DNA from: Eledone cirrhosa
Lineage: Eukaryota
Direction: 5' to 3'
Assembly (NCBI GenBank): GCA_964016885.1
Contig: OZ024740.1
Coordinates: 366,420,001-366,484,000, forward strand
Length of the DNA stretch: 64,000 nucleotides
Positions 36,957 to 49,682 of the stretch are shown piece after piece. How positions within the stretch are numbered: position 1 is the first letter of the stretch; each line of letters opens with the position of its first letter. A program made the position numbers and the translations under genes. The notes beneath the pieces are model-generated. The model saw nothing but the letters and a program-made list of their open reading frames with translations, had not been told where the DNA came from and did not search any database.

Positions 36957-39900
36957 CCAGAGGCCTATACTATCGCTTGCCTGGTTGCCTTTCGATATAT
37001 GATGGATGGATGGACTGCGGAATCCTGGAGAGTGGAGGAGAGAGAGAGAAAAATCTGGACGCTCAAGCGACAATGCCAAAGATAAAGACAAATTCACCTC
37101 TTGGACGAGAATGCGAGCACTCATTGTTTCGACCGCGGACGGCTAACATAACCCCATCGCCCTCCGCCCCCCACCGCCCCCAACCCCCAAACGCAATCCA
37201 AAACTTCAGAGTTGGTACCATAAATGTAGGCACCCTAAAGGGTCGCGCTAACGAGGTTGTAGAAATGCTTGAACGTAAGGAGGTCGATGTTTGTTGTATT
37301 CAAGAGACCAGGTGGAGGGGTGGGTCTGCTAGGTTCATTGAGGGTAAAAAACGATGTTATAAGCTTTTCTGGGTGGGAAACGACGATGGGCTGGGTGGAG
37401 TAGGAATCATGGTAGCAGAAAAGTGGGCAGATAAGATAATAGACGTAAATAGAGTGAACGACAGAATAATTAAAATACAACTTGTCCGCAATAGAACTAC
37501 GGTGACAGTAATATCTGCATACGCACCCCAATCCGGGCTGCCCGGCACTATAAAAGACAGATTCTATGAGACACTGATGCTAACTACCTCCCAAATATCC
37601 GACAGTGACTATATAATTATCGCAGGCGACCTAAATGGTCACGTTGGACAACATTGTGACGGCTACGACGAAATCCATGGAGGCTATGGGTTTGGTACTA
37701 GAAATGAGGAAGGCTCCAGAATCCTGGAATTCTGTGATGCAAATAACCTAACTATCTGTAACACTAACTTCAAAAAACGTGACAATCACCTGATCACCTA
37801 TAGATCCGGGGAACACACAAGCCAGGTAGATTATATCCTTACCAGAAGACGTGACAGAGTGTCTGTTGTAAACACTAAATCCCTCCCCCATGAAGAATGC
37901 ACCTCCCAACATAGACTGATAATTAGCGACCTCATAGTCAGGACGAGACGTACTCGACAGCAGAAGAGGACTATCCTCAGGAGAAAAATATGAAAGCTAA
38001 AGGACCCCACAGCCAGGAATAAATTTCAAAGCATATTACTTGATGCTTTCAACAGTAAGGAAGAACATTTAGAGTCGGACAATATAGAGGGAGAGTGGGA
38101 ATTTCTGAAAGCAAACCTGCTGTTGGCGACAGACGAAGTCTGTGGCTGGAGCAGGCCTGTAGGCAGGAGGAGAGTAACATGGTGGTGGAACAGTAAGGTG
38201 GAGGGGTCAATTAAGGCCAAAAAGCAGGCTTGGAAAGTATGGCGGGATGGGGGAAGTAGAGAAGACTATCAAGTGGCCAGGAGGGAAGCTAGGAGACAAG
38301 TGTACTTAGCAAGAAGGGAAGCTGAGGAAAGAAAGTTCAAGCATGTTCTACAACGCGATGACCAAAAACGTGAGGTGTTCAGGATTGCTAGGCAATGCGT
38401 CAAGGAAAACCGTGATATTGTCAGGGAGAAGTGTGTACTAAACGACGATGGCACACTTGCCATCACCGACGCTGATAAGAAGGTAGCTTGGAAGTGTCAC
38501 TATGAAAGGCTACTAAATGAGGAGAATAAATGGGAGAAAGACAGTCTCCCCCATATCGACCCAATAGAGGGACCAGCAGTGTTAGTCGAGGGGAGTATAA
38601 TAAGTAAGGCAATCAAGGATATGAAGACGGGTAAGGCGGCTGGGCCTTCGGAAATAGTTGCTGAGATGCTGAAGGCATCTGGCACGGTGGGACACACCAT
38701 GGTCACCCGCATAGTTAACCAAGTCGTACAGAATGGGGTTGTTCCGAAGGACTGGCATAGCAGCATCATCGTTAACTGTTATAAGGGTAAAGGAGACGCC
38801 CTAGATAGGAGTAACAATAGAGGCATTAAATTAATCGACCAGGTCATGAAGGTCACGGAAAAAGTAATAGCGCAACTAATCAGAGAGAGAATTGACCTAG
38901 ATGAAATGCAGTTCGGGTTTGTGTCAGGCAAAAGTACCACAGACGCTCTTTTCATAGTACGACAACTACAGGAGAAGTACCTAGCTAAAGGTAAACCCCT
39001 CTACTTAGCTTTTCTCGACTTGGAGAAAGCCTTCGACAGAGTCCCCCGCTCCATTATCTGGTGGGCTCTTAGAAAACTAGGCGTTGACGAATGGCTTGTG
39101 AGGGCTATACAAGCCATGTATAAAGAAACAGTCAGCAAGGTTAGAATTAACAACGAATATAGTGAAGAGTTTAGCGTAAAAGTTGGCGTCCATCAGGGCT
39201 CTGTTCTCAGCCCACTACTATTTATTATTGCCCTTCAGGCTATAACAGAGGAGTTCAAGACAGGCTGCCCATGGGAACTCCTATACGCAGACGACCTGAC
39301 ACTCATAGCGGAATCAATGGCCGAGCTAGAGAAGAAATTCCAAACATGGAAGCACGGCCTAGAGTCAAAAGGACTTAAAATTAACCTGGCTAAGACCAAA
39401 GTACTAGTTTGTAGGAAAGAAAACAAGGCGGCGGTCCCTTCTGGGAAATGGTCGTGCTCGGTGTGTAGGAAAGGCGTAGGTAGAAACTCCATTTTATGTC
39501 CTAAATGCAAAGTATGGGTGCATAAAAGATGTAGTGGGATCACAGGTAAGCTAACTAAGAACATAGATTTTACATGTGGCCGGTGCTCTGGTGCAATAAG
39601 TAGCAGCAAGTGCCCACAAAATACTAGCTCTTTCAATTGCGCAGAGGGTTCTATAGAAATAGTGGACAGCTTCCGTTACCTGGGCGATAAAATCAGCAGT
39701 GGGGGAGGGTGCTCTGAAAGTACTGTAGCTAGAGTCAGAACTGGTTGGAAAAAGTTCAGAGAGCTTATACCACTATTAGCTGCTAAAGGGTTCTCACTAA
39801 AAATGAAAGGCAGGTTGTACGATGCCTGCATACGAACAGCAATGCTGCATGGCAGTGAGACCTGGGCATTGTGTGCAGAGGATATACGCAGACTAGAGAG

Positions 39901-40638
39901 GAACGAAGCTTGCATGCTCCGCTGGATGTGTAACAGTAATATACGTGAACGGCAAAGCATAAACGAACTAAGGAAAAAATTAGAGATAAGAGGGATCAGA
40001 TGTTGTTTACTCGAGAGAAGGCTACGTTGGTATGGACACGTGATGCGCATGAAAGTCGATAGCTGTATAACAAAGTGCAGGGCAATAAAGATAGACGGTA
40101 GTCACGGAATAGGCAGACCTAGAAAAACCTGGGACGAGCTGATAAACTCCGACATCACACACTTACACCTCTCCAAGACAATGTCACTGGACCGAGACCT
40201 TTGGCGGTACTCAGTAATAGAGAAGACCCGCCTTACCTAAATATATAGTAAAACCTACTCCAGCCAGTAGGCATCTCTAACAAAATACACCCCGTCCCAC
40301 CACCACCACCCCCACCTCATTCACACCACCCCGTTCTATGTAAAGTTATGTTGGTGCCGCGCCATCCAGGCCGAAACAAATGAGATCGTGTAGGTGTCAC
40401 GACAAAAAAACACACAGTCCACACTGTAATGTGGCCGTGTAGGCAACACGGTAAAAACCTCCCAGACCCACACTGTAAATGTGGTTGGTGTTAGGAAGGG
40501 CATCCAACTGTAGAAAACCTGCCAGACAGTCCTATGCGAGCAAGACAATCACTCTTGCCTCAAGTGGGACTACCCCCGTCCAAACCCATGCAAGCGTGGA
40601 ACACGGACGTTAAACGTTGATGATGATGATGATGATGA
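36953..40638 (+). mobile_element. Near full-length RTE-clade LINE
   Basis: EN ORF 36977..37993 and RT ORF 38123..40240 lie in one frame, separated by a single TGA. 3'UTR and (GAT)n tail present. Confidence 0.96.
37072..40240 (+). pseudogene. RTE ORF: AP endonuclease, reverse transcriptase and PHD-like zinc finger, with one premature stop at 37991
   Basis: GTINVGTL, CIQETRW, GDLNGHVG, SQH; QFGF, DLEKAFD, HQGSVLSP, YADD, YLG; C-x2-C...C-x2-C-x3-VH-x2-C...C-x2-C. Confidence 0.92.
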
Positions 40639-40737
40639 TATATCATTTCATCATCATCATTTTACGTCCGCTTTTCCCTGCTTGCATATATATATATACA
40701 TACATTTTCCCTGCTTGCATATATATATATACATACA

Positions 40738-41065
40738 TGGAGGCACATGGCTTAGTGGTTAGAGCATTGGCCTTGCAATCGAAAGGTTGTGAGTTCTCAG
40801 ACCGGGCGATGTGTTGTTTCTTTGAGCAAGACACTTTATTTCACATTGCTCCAGTTTACTCAGCTGTAGAAATGAGATGATAGGGACTGGGGTCCCTATC
40901 ATTCCACTGAAAAGTGGTCGTGGAGGTGCCACGGCAAAAAAAAAGCACCCAGCACTCACTGTAAATGAGGTTGGAGTTAGGAAGGGCATCCAGCTGTAGA
41001 AATCAAGCCAGAATCAGTCCCGTCCCACCCTTGCAAGCAGGGAAAATCGGACGTAAAAATGATGA
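40738..41065 (+). mobile_element. SINE family B
   Basis: Matches 35667-36000. Confidence 0.9.
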
Positions 41066-41561
41066 TATTTGTATGATATACTAGACCAAAAAATGCAGGC
41101 GCATGCGTATTAATATTCTTAAATAATAATAAACCTGGAAAAGTACAGGACAAGTAGAATTAACTCTTAAAATATTGAAGTTGGAATTTGAATTTGACGA
41201 ATTCAATGTACAGTAAAATTAGCAATGCCAAGAGATAATGAGAAATAATAATGAATTAGGGGATTTATTAGATATTAAGTCATCATTTTGCCTAAGTCAC
41301 CAATCACCATTTTGCCAACCAAATGCAATTAATGTCATCAATCTTTTGTACATAAATTGTCAGTTCATTTAAGTTGTCACTTTTTTTTGTCCCTTTAGTG
41401 GGTTAATTATACTGTATTACTTTAAAAATTGACATTAAAAATTAATTGAAATTAATAGTAGAAAGTAATGAGCTAAATTTTGCATAAATTGTCATCATAT
41501 TAAAATGATTAATCTAATTTCATTTAAAAAAAAGTTAAGCCAAAATTAGTCAAGATCAAAT

Positions 41562-41684
41562 TACAGTTGACTCTCCCTAATTGCCAGCGCCATTTTTGGC
41601 CCAACTTTTACTTTTTGTAACTCTCCCTAATTGTCAGTCATTTTTACAGTTCCTTTGAGTGACAATTAGAGATAGTCAACTGTA
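41562..41684. mobile_element. Tc1/mariner-pogo-type MITE
   Basis: TA-CAGTTGACTCTCCCTAATTG...CAATTAGAGATAGTCAACTG-TA. Confidence 0.75.
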
Positions 41685-42181
41685 TTTCAAAAAGAAAATT
41701 TAGTGATCAAGTGCGATATCATTCTGATTGATAATCTGGATTACTGTTCCTTTCTTATGAAGAAAGCAGAGACTATCTTTTAGAGATTAGCACCAAAGAT
41801 TAACTAGGCCATTCCCAATGAATCAAGGTGATTTCTAGATCGTTTCTAATTATTTAATTAATAATTAAAGTAAAAAATTATCTTGGTTGTCTTTAGGTCA
41901 TTCTTGTGTTATTCTAAATCTATCCATGAAAGAGCTAGGAATGACCATTCCACATGCCAGTGCCGAACAGCTGGCACAGAAATGCCTGCACCGAAACGTC
42001 CTATTCCATGCCATCTTAACAACCTTCACCTCCTTGTGATTAAGTGTGATGTCATAGGCTTATTATTGTACATTTAATTCATCAAATTCAAATTCCAGCT
42101 TCAATATTTTAAGAGTTAATTCTACTTGTCCTGTACTTTTCCAGGTTTATTATTATTTAAGAATATTATTATTTAAGAATA

Positions 42182-42368
42182 GGGCGGTGGATTGGCAGTA
42201 TCGGTGGAGGGTCGGACGCCATGCTTTCCAGCATAGTTACGTCCCTTTACGATCTGAGTTCAAATCCCGCCGAGGTTGACTTTGCCTTTCATCCTTACGG
42301 GTCGATAAAATAAAGTACCAGTAATGCACTGGGTAATTGCTGGCCTTGTGCCTAAAGTAGAAACAATT
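42182..42368 (+). mobile_element. tRNA-derived SINE family A (Meta-domain-like core)
   Basis: TGGCAG A-box region, GAGTTCAAATCC B box, GCCTTTCATCC..GGGTCGATAAAATAAAGTACCAG core. TSD ATTATTTAAGAATA. Confidence 0.9.
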
Positions 42369-42834
42369 ATTATTTAAGAATATTAATACACATGCGCCCG
42401 TATTTTTTGGTCTAGTCTCCTTTTTTTTAAGGCATTGCAGCAAATTATTTTATTTAAATTACCTTGATCATTTGCTAAGGCATTTACAATCCTTTTTTCA
42501 TCAATAAAAATTAACTTTTCATTTCAATATTTCTATAAAATCCATAATATTAAAATTGAAAAGGTATTTTGTAGAATATAATCAATAGAGACATTTGCCT
42601 TTTCTGAACACCCTTACTACAAGCCTTCAGGTGTGCCCATAGAGACAAAGCTATAATTGACTATACTCTAATGATCAATTTAGAGTTTAACTTAACAAGT
42701 GAAGTTATTAAAGATGCTAGAAAAACAAGCAATTAAAATAACTGAGTCAAAAATAAATAAAATTAAGTAGTAAATAAATAAAATGCCAATAAACAGTGAT
42801 CTCAAATTTAACAATGATTTGTCCATAATTAGCA

Positions 42835-43015
42835 GTTAGTCCAAAATAAAATTAAGTAGTCCAGAATTAGCATTTAGTCCAAAATAAAATTAAGTAGTCC
42901 AGAATCAGCATTTAGTCCAAAATAATCAGCAAGTAGTCCAAAACAAAATGAAGTAGTCCAGAACTAACAGTAGTCCTAATTATAAGTTGGTAGTCCAAGA
43001 TCAATAGTCCAAAAT
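42835..43015. repeat. Short degenerate tandem repeat (TAGTCCA..., ~18-19 bp period)
   Basis: TAGTCC recurs about 10 times immediately 3' of the Helitron-like ORF. Confidence 0.75.
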
Positions 43016-43022
43016 AAAAAAT

Positions 43023-43991
43023 CTAAATTTTTTCCATAAACAATACAACCACATTAGATAACTTAGGAGGAAATTTATTGTGCCTTTTTTTGATAATGTT
43101 GTCACTAATTTCATCCCAATTTTCAGCACCACTTTTTACCAGACAAGTATAATGGCCTGCCATAGATGATGCTCCTTCATGAAGAATAGCAGCTTTTAAT
43201 GTGAAATTTGTGCCATATATTTGCTGCTTTTTTGAGCTAAAGTTCATAATATCACAATTAATTCTTTCTTCTTCACTATTAATAAAAAATCTACTAATTG
43301 AGATGACAAGATATTTGAAATCGTTAGTAAATTCAATTCTTGAAGTTATTTGATGCTCAGTATTTTCAGAACAAGTATCACGGTATTTAGTCAAAGTATT
43401 TGTTGTTGAAAGTAGAGATTTAAATTGTTGTGTGCCATTAATAGGATTTAATATCAAATCCTCTTTTATTTGAAATGGAAGTTCAGATTCTATACCACAT
43501 CCAGGTCTTGAATTACAATTGCAAACATTGTTATTTAAAGCTTAGCAGTTTGTTTGATGCAATCGGATGCATCTAGTATGATCAGTTTGAATAAATTGAA
43601 GTTTTTCTCTTAATACCAAGTCCAAATGTAGAGAGAGTTCTTTCCAAAATTCATGAGCACATTGCTGATTTCCATCATGAAATCTTTCTCCAATTATTCT
43701 TCTTAAGTTAGAGACATTATTATGATTATTAAAAATTATATTGCTTAATTCTTGATGTACTCCATTCATGTTGTTAAAATTATGCAAATACTCTACAAAT
43801 TCAGGCAACTGATTCAGTGATTGCACAACTGAATTTGCAAAACAAGCATTTCTTTGGTTGATCAATTGATGTTTAGGGATTAAAGTTTGGCTGTTTTCAT
43901 TTCTTTTCTTCTTTTTGGCAGGTTGGTTTGAATTTTCTTCCAAATTAAGTCTTTTAGTTCTTTTCTTGGGCATGCAAGAAGCATTTGCCAT
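43023..43991 (-). pseudogene. USP/peptidase C19-like deubiquitinase domain, in frame with upstream helicase
   Basis: Cys box NQRNACFANSVVQSL, QQCAHEF, His box ILHEGASSMAGHYTCLV..W...SD. One internal stop at 43542. Confidence 0.75.
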
Positions 43992-45080
43992 TCAAGGATG
44001 CTTTTTCCTGCAAGGTGGCAATGGAGGCAAATCTGCTCTTCCAGTACTAGCCCGTAGTTTGTTGTTCTCTTCCCATGCAGATTTGTCAACCATGATCAAT
44101 GATCTTGGATCAAAGTCATAGAGATACACATTGCAAAGTTTTCTGGCTCTTGAAAGAGCCACATAAGCTTGACCATCAGAAAATATCTGATTTCCTAAAT
44201 CAGCAATTATTCCATCCACAGAAATTCCTTGTGATTTGTGAATTGTTATAGAGTAAGCAAGAGACAATGGAAATTGTGTTCTGGTGACAAAAACACCAGC
44301 AGAAATTTCATAGTCTGCTTGAACTCTTCTAATAGAAATAGGTTTGTCCTTTTTGGTATCAAAAGACGCCAAAATTTTGTCAACATTGCTTCCATTCCCA
44401 ATTAATTCAATAACTGTTCCAATAACACCATTGCATAAGCCTTGATCTACATCAATGTTTCGTTTCAACATCACTCTTGCTCCAATTCCAACATTTAGCA
44501 AAGTTTCTAGTCCAGCAGTATCAAAAGTTTTCTTGGTTTTGCCTTTTTCAACATTTTTCTTTTTTCTTCCATTTACTTGTCTCATACCAGAATCTTTTGC
44601 AGCAAGTTTCACTGCATTTATGTTGCATTTTTTAATCATTTCATTATTCAACTCATCAACAGCTTCATTCAAAGGTAAAATGCATACAAATTTTAATTCA
44701 GGAATAGAATACAATTCAATCAATTTTTTTAGCAATTTCTTCAACAGGAAATAGGCATCTTTTTTGAAAAATGCTAATATCAGAGTCTGATAGGGAACCA
44801 ATCCTAATTCTTCCCAAAATATCAACATAGTTGTCTTTGTCTTCTATTTGTCTCATATTAATGGTTAGCTCATCATATTGAAAGTATTTCCACAATGAAT
44901 TTCCACTAATGCCAATGTCTGTTCTTTTGGCATCATATGATGAAATTCTCGAAAGTACTGGTTTTTCATTTACAGGTGGCAATTGCATCAAATCACCAAA
45001 CAAAAGAAGATTCATTTTTCCAAAAGGATATGCCATTTTTGGGGGATCTCCAAAAATTTCATCAAGCCTTTTGTGAATAA
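43992..45080 (-). pseudogene. PIF1-family helicase C-terminal half (Helitron/Helentron RepHel remnant)
   Basis: PFGKMNLLLFGDLMQLPPV, LTINMRQ, GARVMLKRNID..GLCNG, QFPLSLAYSITIHKSQG, GQAYVALSRA. One frameshift near 44760. Confidence 0.9.
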
Positions 45081-45084
45081 CTAT

Positions 45085-45545
45085 AATTAAGGGAAACTAC
45101 TTAGTACAGCTACGATGGATTTATACTAGAGTTATGTCCCTTAGCGTTACTCTTCATCTGATTTCGTCACTTAAAGTCACACAACTCGATTTCTATGGCA
45201 CCAATCTTTTCAATATTGACAAATTTCGATTCAGCTTATCGAGTTGTATCTAGTGAGAGAGGTAGCATGACATTATATTCGAAATTTAAAAAGTTATGAT
45301 GAGTCAAAGTCAATGAGGGGCCTTATCCTCCAGTACTTGACCACACATATTTTAGCGTAACTTTTTTTCTACTGACCTAAATTTCAATTCCATTATACCA
45401 AAATGTAGCCTGGGATGAGTCCATTCTAGTGCAACAAACCTGATCAAATTTGGTTGAGAACTGAATTAGTGAAAAGTCCTAGAAGTGGCTGTCGTTGGGA
45501 AAAAGTTGACCTTAAGAATATTATTCACACACTATCGTGTGTGAA

Positions 45546-45548
<3 letters not shown>
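45085..45548. mobile_element. Putative Helentron-associated non-autonomous element (HINE-like)
   Basis: AAGGGAAACTACT..AGTTATGTCCCTT inverted motif. Terminal hairpin ATTCACACACTATCGTGTGTGAAT next to (TA)n. Confidence 0.45.
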
Positions 45549-45597
<49 letters not shown>

Positions 45598-46647
45598 TTA
45601 AAAGTTGGTTAGAAGCGAAGTCAATGCAAACAGGCAGACATACAGACAGATATTATAAGGGCGCGACGTTATAGCTATGTATCTCTAAAAAGACAGTAAG
45701 AAAGAGAGGGAATGTCGTATTATATATATAATAAAGTACCAGTAATTTACTGGGATAATTGCTGGCCTTGTGCCAAAAGTAGAAGCAATTATACTTCATT
45801 TTTGTACAACTGTAAATAACATGTTTATGTATGTATATATACGTATAAAGGAATGCTGTAATAAAATGTACAAATTAAATTGTCTCTTATTTATGATACT
45901 AACACTATATATATATATATATATATATATACATACACTATATATACGTATATACACACACACACACACAGATAACGAAGTTAATGTACAGAATGGTTTT
46001 CGTAATGCAGACAGCTAGACATACATACAGATATTATAAGGGTGCGACGTTATAGCTATGTATCTAACTAAAAAGACAGACTAAGGAAGAGAGGGATCGC
46101 TAACCAGAAGTGTTGACATTTGCAAATTTTAATGAAGTGAATATTTAAATAAACAATAAAATATCTTTAATCTTGTAAGCAAATTCAGCTCACCGGACAC
46201 TGCCCACAACAGGACAACCCGTCTAACGGACGTAAAATGGTGATGATGAGAGAGAGACAGTGAGTTATTTTCCAGCAGCCATGTAAGGCAATGGAGTCGA
46301 AAGTCGACATATGTTGGCTGTTCAAAAAGGGAACTTCTACATGGTCCCTTAACCTACTAGAAATAGCAGCAAATATCCCACAAATCATTTCCTACTATCT
46401 TAAATAAAGGATATATTCAACATGCTAGAAATAGCGGCCAAAGGATGATGAGGGTGGTGATGGTGATGTCAATGGCAGTGATGGTGATGAGATTGATGAT
46501 GAAGATGACGACAAAGAAGACAACACTTCAGCCGACCACAATAATGATGATACCTATAACAATGACAGCAATGATGATGATGATGATAACGATGATAATG
46601 ATGATAATGAAAATGACAATGACAAAAGTGACGTTGATGGCTATAAA

Positions 46648-46820
46648 TAATTGTTTCTACTTTTGGCACAAAGCCAGCAATTACCTCAGTACATTGTTGG
46701 TACTTTATTTTATCGACATCTGTAAGGATGAAAGGCAAAGCTAACCTTGGTGGGATTTGAATTCAGAACATAAAGGGCCATAACTCAATGCTGCAAAGTA
46801 TGGTGTCTAACTCTCTACCA
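46648..46820 (-). mobile_element. SINE family A
   Basis: Reverse complement of the family A consensus. Confidence 0.82.
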
Positions 46821-47508
46821 ATACTGCTAATCCATCACCCTTGAAATAATGATGATGATGGTAGTGGTGGTGATGATTGATGAAAATGATGATGATGATA
46901 ATAGTGGTATTGATGATGATGATGATGATGAGTATTATAATTCTAAGTGGAGATATTGAATAAGAATAAATAAATTTTGATTTTGTTAATTCAAGAACTG
47001 TTTTTGTTGTACAGAATTTTGTTTTTTACATATTTTTATTGTTGTTGTCATTTTTTATGTTTTTATTTGTAAATTGACATGAGATAAATAATCTAACTTC
47101 AACTGTTATCTTTATAATATCATAGATATATCTTTTCATCCATTTTTTTCCACTTTCATGCTTTTAATAACTACAGAAACATTCCTAAGAAAATCCCAAC
47201 TTCCAATTTTTATCTGATAGGGGAAAATAGATATAAGCCAGAAATATATGCGGGTCGGCTGAAAAGTTTATATAGGCTGACTATGAAGTTATTGACATTA
47301 TGAAGGGCATTAAGTTATAGAAATTATGTGAAAAATCATATGTGCAAGTAAGACTTGGTTATCTGATCAATCTGGTCTGAAACTGGGATGACCCATCTAA
47401 CCCATGCCAGCAAGGAAAGCAGATGTATATCAATGCTAAGGATAATGACCAGAGAATAATTACCCATAAGTATGGCATGGGTTAGTATATGGCTATAGTA
47501 ATGTTATA

Positions 47509-47704
47509 TACAAAGGTTGGCTGAAAAGTTCATAGGCTGACTATGAAGGAGTGATGCTAGAGCTGTGAAATCTTGCATGCATTAATTTCAACTCTTCTTA
47601 TTAATAACTACATTGTTTTTCTCCAAGGACTAAGCTGAAATATATTACTCATTTGATCATTCCATCTTGGTTAGCCTATGAACTTTACAGCCGACCTTTG
47701 CATA
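47509..47704. mobile_element. Mariner-like MITE (extra partial left end at 47247-47288)
   Basis: TACAAAGGTTGGCTGAAAAGTTCATAGGCTGA ... TTAGCCTATGAACTTTACAGCCGACCTTTGCATA inverted ends. Confidence 0.75.
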
Positions 47705-47712
47705 GTCTAGTA

Positions 47713-47887
47713 GAGTGGTTCCCAAAGTCTGCAGAACCCAAGGGTTCTGCAAAGGAGGATCTGGGGTTCCGTGAAAAATAGTAGAGGAGTTTATATTATG
47801 ACCATATAACAGTATTAGACTTTGGGGTTCCCCCAAAAGTTTCTGAATAAAAAGGGTTGCGCATTGGAAAAAGTTAGGGAAACCCTG
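47713..47887. mobile_element. hAT (Charlie-like) MITE
   Basis: Ends GAGTGGTTCCCAA...TTAGGGAAACCCTG. Perfect 8-bp TSD GTCTAGTA at 47705-47712 and 47888-47895. Confidence 0.85.
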
Positions 47888-48469
47888 GTCTAGTATATCG
47901 ACTTATTTGTCTGCTTGTAATTATTTTTTTAATTTAATTTATTTTAATACTACTGTTGATAAAATAAATAGTTTAACAATAACAACATCAGCAGTAACAG
48001 CAGCTATTTCTAGCATGTCAAATGACCACAAAGAGACTCCTTCATTGTCTCAACACTTGGTGTATTTACTTTAACTACTGTGGTTTAACAATAACTGGCT
48101 TAATGAAAAACAGCTATATGACACATGAAGACGGCTTTGACTGATCTTATGTTCCTTTATCTCATCTTTATTTCTGAGATAGAGTTTGTCAAATAGCAGT
48201 AATTCCATGGAAGCTTACAGTTGATGTTAATAATAGAGGATTGACAAAGTAAAAAGAAAGCAGTAATGGTATTATTGGATTGCATTGTGGCATATTGTCT
48301 TATAGTAAGAATAAAGCTCTAACTGTCAAAATATTTCAAGCCAAATGTAATGCTGCTTGGTCACATTGTCTCTCTGAATATTATGTCTGTATAAAACAAA
48401 TGCACAAGGCCTAGATTTTTTTCTTGCTAGATATAAGGAGGTGACCTAGAGAGTAAGAGATTTTCTTGG

Positions 48470-48740
48470 GGAATTGCTGCTGCTCAGAGTTACATTGTAG
48501 TAGAGGGCTGCCCTGTCGAAGATAGCTTTGTTAGAAGAGAGGTTGGAAACCCTCTTGCTGCTGATATTATTGATGAGGTTTTTGAAGACTATATGTGGGT
48601 GACTAGAAGCGTTGGGAAGGTACCAAAGTTTTTCACTGGGTTTGTGAAAGGCTCTGTATGAGTGTGCGCATAGGTCTGAGTTAACGTCTGGTAATTTAAC
48701 ATTGATGAGGCTTGTAGATATTGCTAAAGGTGGATATTAG
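48470..48740 (-). pseudogene. Penelope-like element reverse transcriptase C-terminal remnant
   Basis: Manual translation: NVKLPDVNSDLCAHSYRAFHKPSEKLWYLPNASSHPHIVFKNLINNISSKRVSNLSSNKAIFDRAALYYNVTL. It resembles the FLD..Y.KP..Y...S.HP region of PLE RTs. Confidence 0.6.
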
Positions 48741-48951
48741 ATTGATGACGGTTGAGGGGTTCTTCCACATGACCACTCTAGCTACTCCACTACCTTTTGC
48801 AGCACTAACATGACTAGTGTTAGCCCTGTATATGTAATTAGTGAGAACATACTTGTGCTTGTCATATATTTTTGGCTTTGTTTCTCTGATTGGATTCCCT
48901 TCCTGTCACCAACCACTTGCCAGCATAGACTGGGTGCATTATTTGTGCTTA

Positions 48952-49137
48952 AGGGCGGTGGATTGGCAGTATCGGTTGAGGGTCGGGCGCCATGCTTTCC
49001 AGCATAGTTACGTCCCTTTACGATCTGAGTTCAAATCCCGCCGAGGTTGACTTTGCCTTTCATCCTTACGGGGTCGATAAAATAAAGTACCAGTAATGCA
49101 CTGGGTAATTGCTGGCCTTGTGCCTAAAGTAGAAACA
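48952..49137 (+). mobile_element. tRNA-derived SINE family A (young copy)
   Basis: Near-identical to 42182-42368. TSD ATTATTTGTGCTT. Confidence 0.92.
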
Positions 49138-49645
49138 ATTATTTGTGCTTCTGGCAATATATATATATATATTTGTGTGAGTATGTGTTTGTACATGGAG
49201 TAAGAATGCTCAATATTACATGTCTATCCCCTCCAAATATGCATATATATTTAAATACATACGTACGTACATATACCTTTTGTCTCTGTTTTATAAAATG
49301 AAATACCATTTGATGTACAAGAAATTGTACATCTATTGAAGAATAAGAAAAGGTTTTAAAGATGCTGGAAAATACTTATGAGAAGGAAAAAGTAACAAGA
49401 GGTAAAGAGGGAGAAAGAGAATGAGAGATGGAGAAAATAAAAAGGGAATGAAAAAATGATAGAAAGAGAGCATTTGTGACAACAGCATAACAGTGACATC
49501 TATAGGGAATGGGAAGAGAATTAGTTAAAGAAGGTTAAAAAAGTTGTAAGAATGAGAAAAAGGGAGATAGAAAAGAGAAATAGATAGTGATACACACACA
49601 TAAATACACACACATATGCACACCACACATACACATAAAATACAT

Positions 49646-49682
<37 letters not shown>

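Larger units (their letters stand above)
41080..42416. mobile_element. Non-autonomous DNA element with ~135-bp terminal inverted repeats (possibly MULE-like)
   Basis: ACTAGACCAAAAAATGCAGGCGCATG... at the left mirrors ...CATGCGCCCGTATTTTTTGGTCTAGT at the right. The right TIR is split by a SINE. Confidence 0.75.

Noticed and set aside
38269-40050. Antisense ORFs over RTE copies
   Set aside because: Shadow ORFs of the LINE coding strand.
45625-46100. ~75-bp direct repeat (45628-45712 vs 46017-46096)
   Set aside because: Real, but likely ordinary fragments of a small repeat. No further structure seen.
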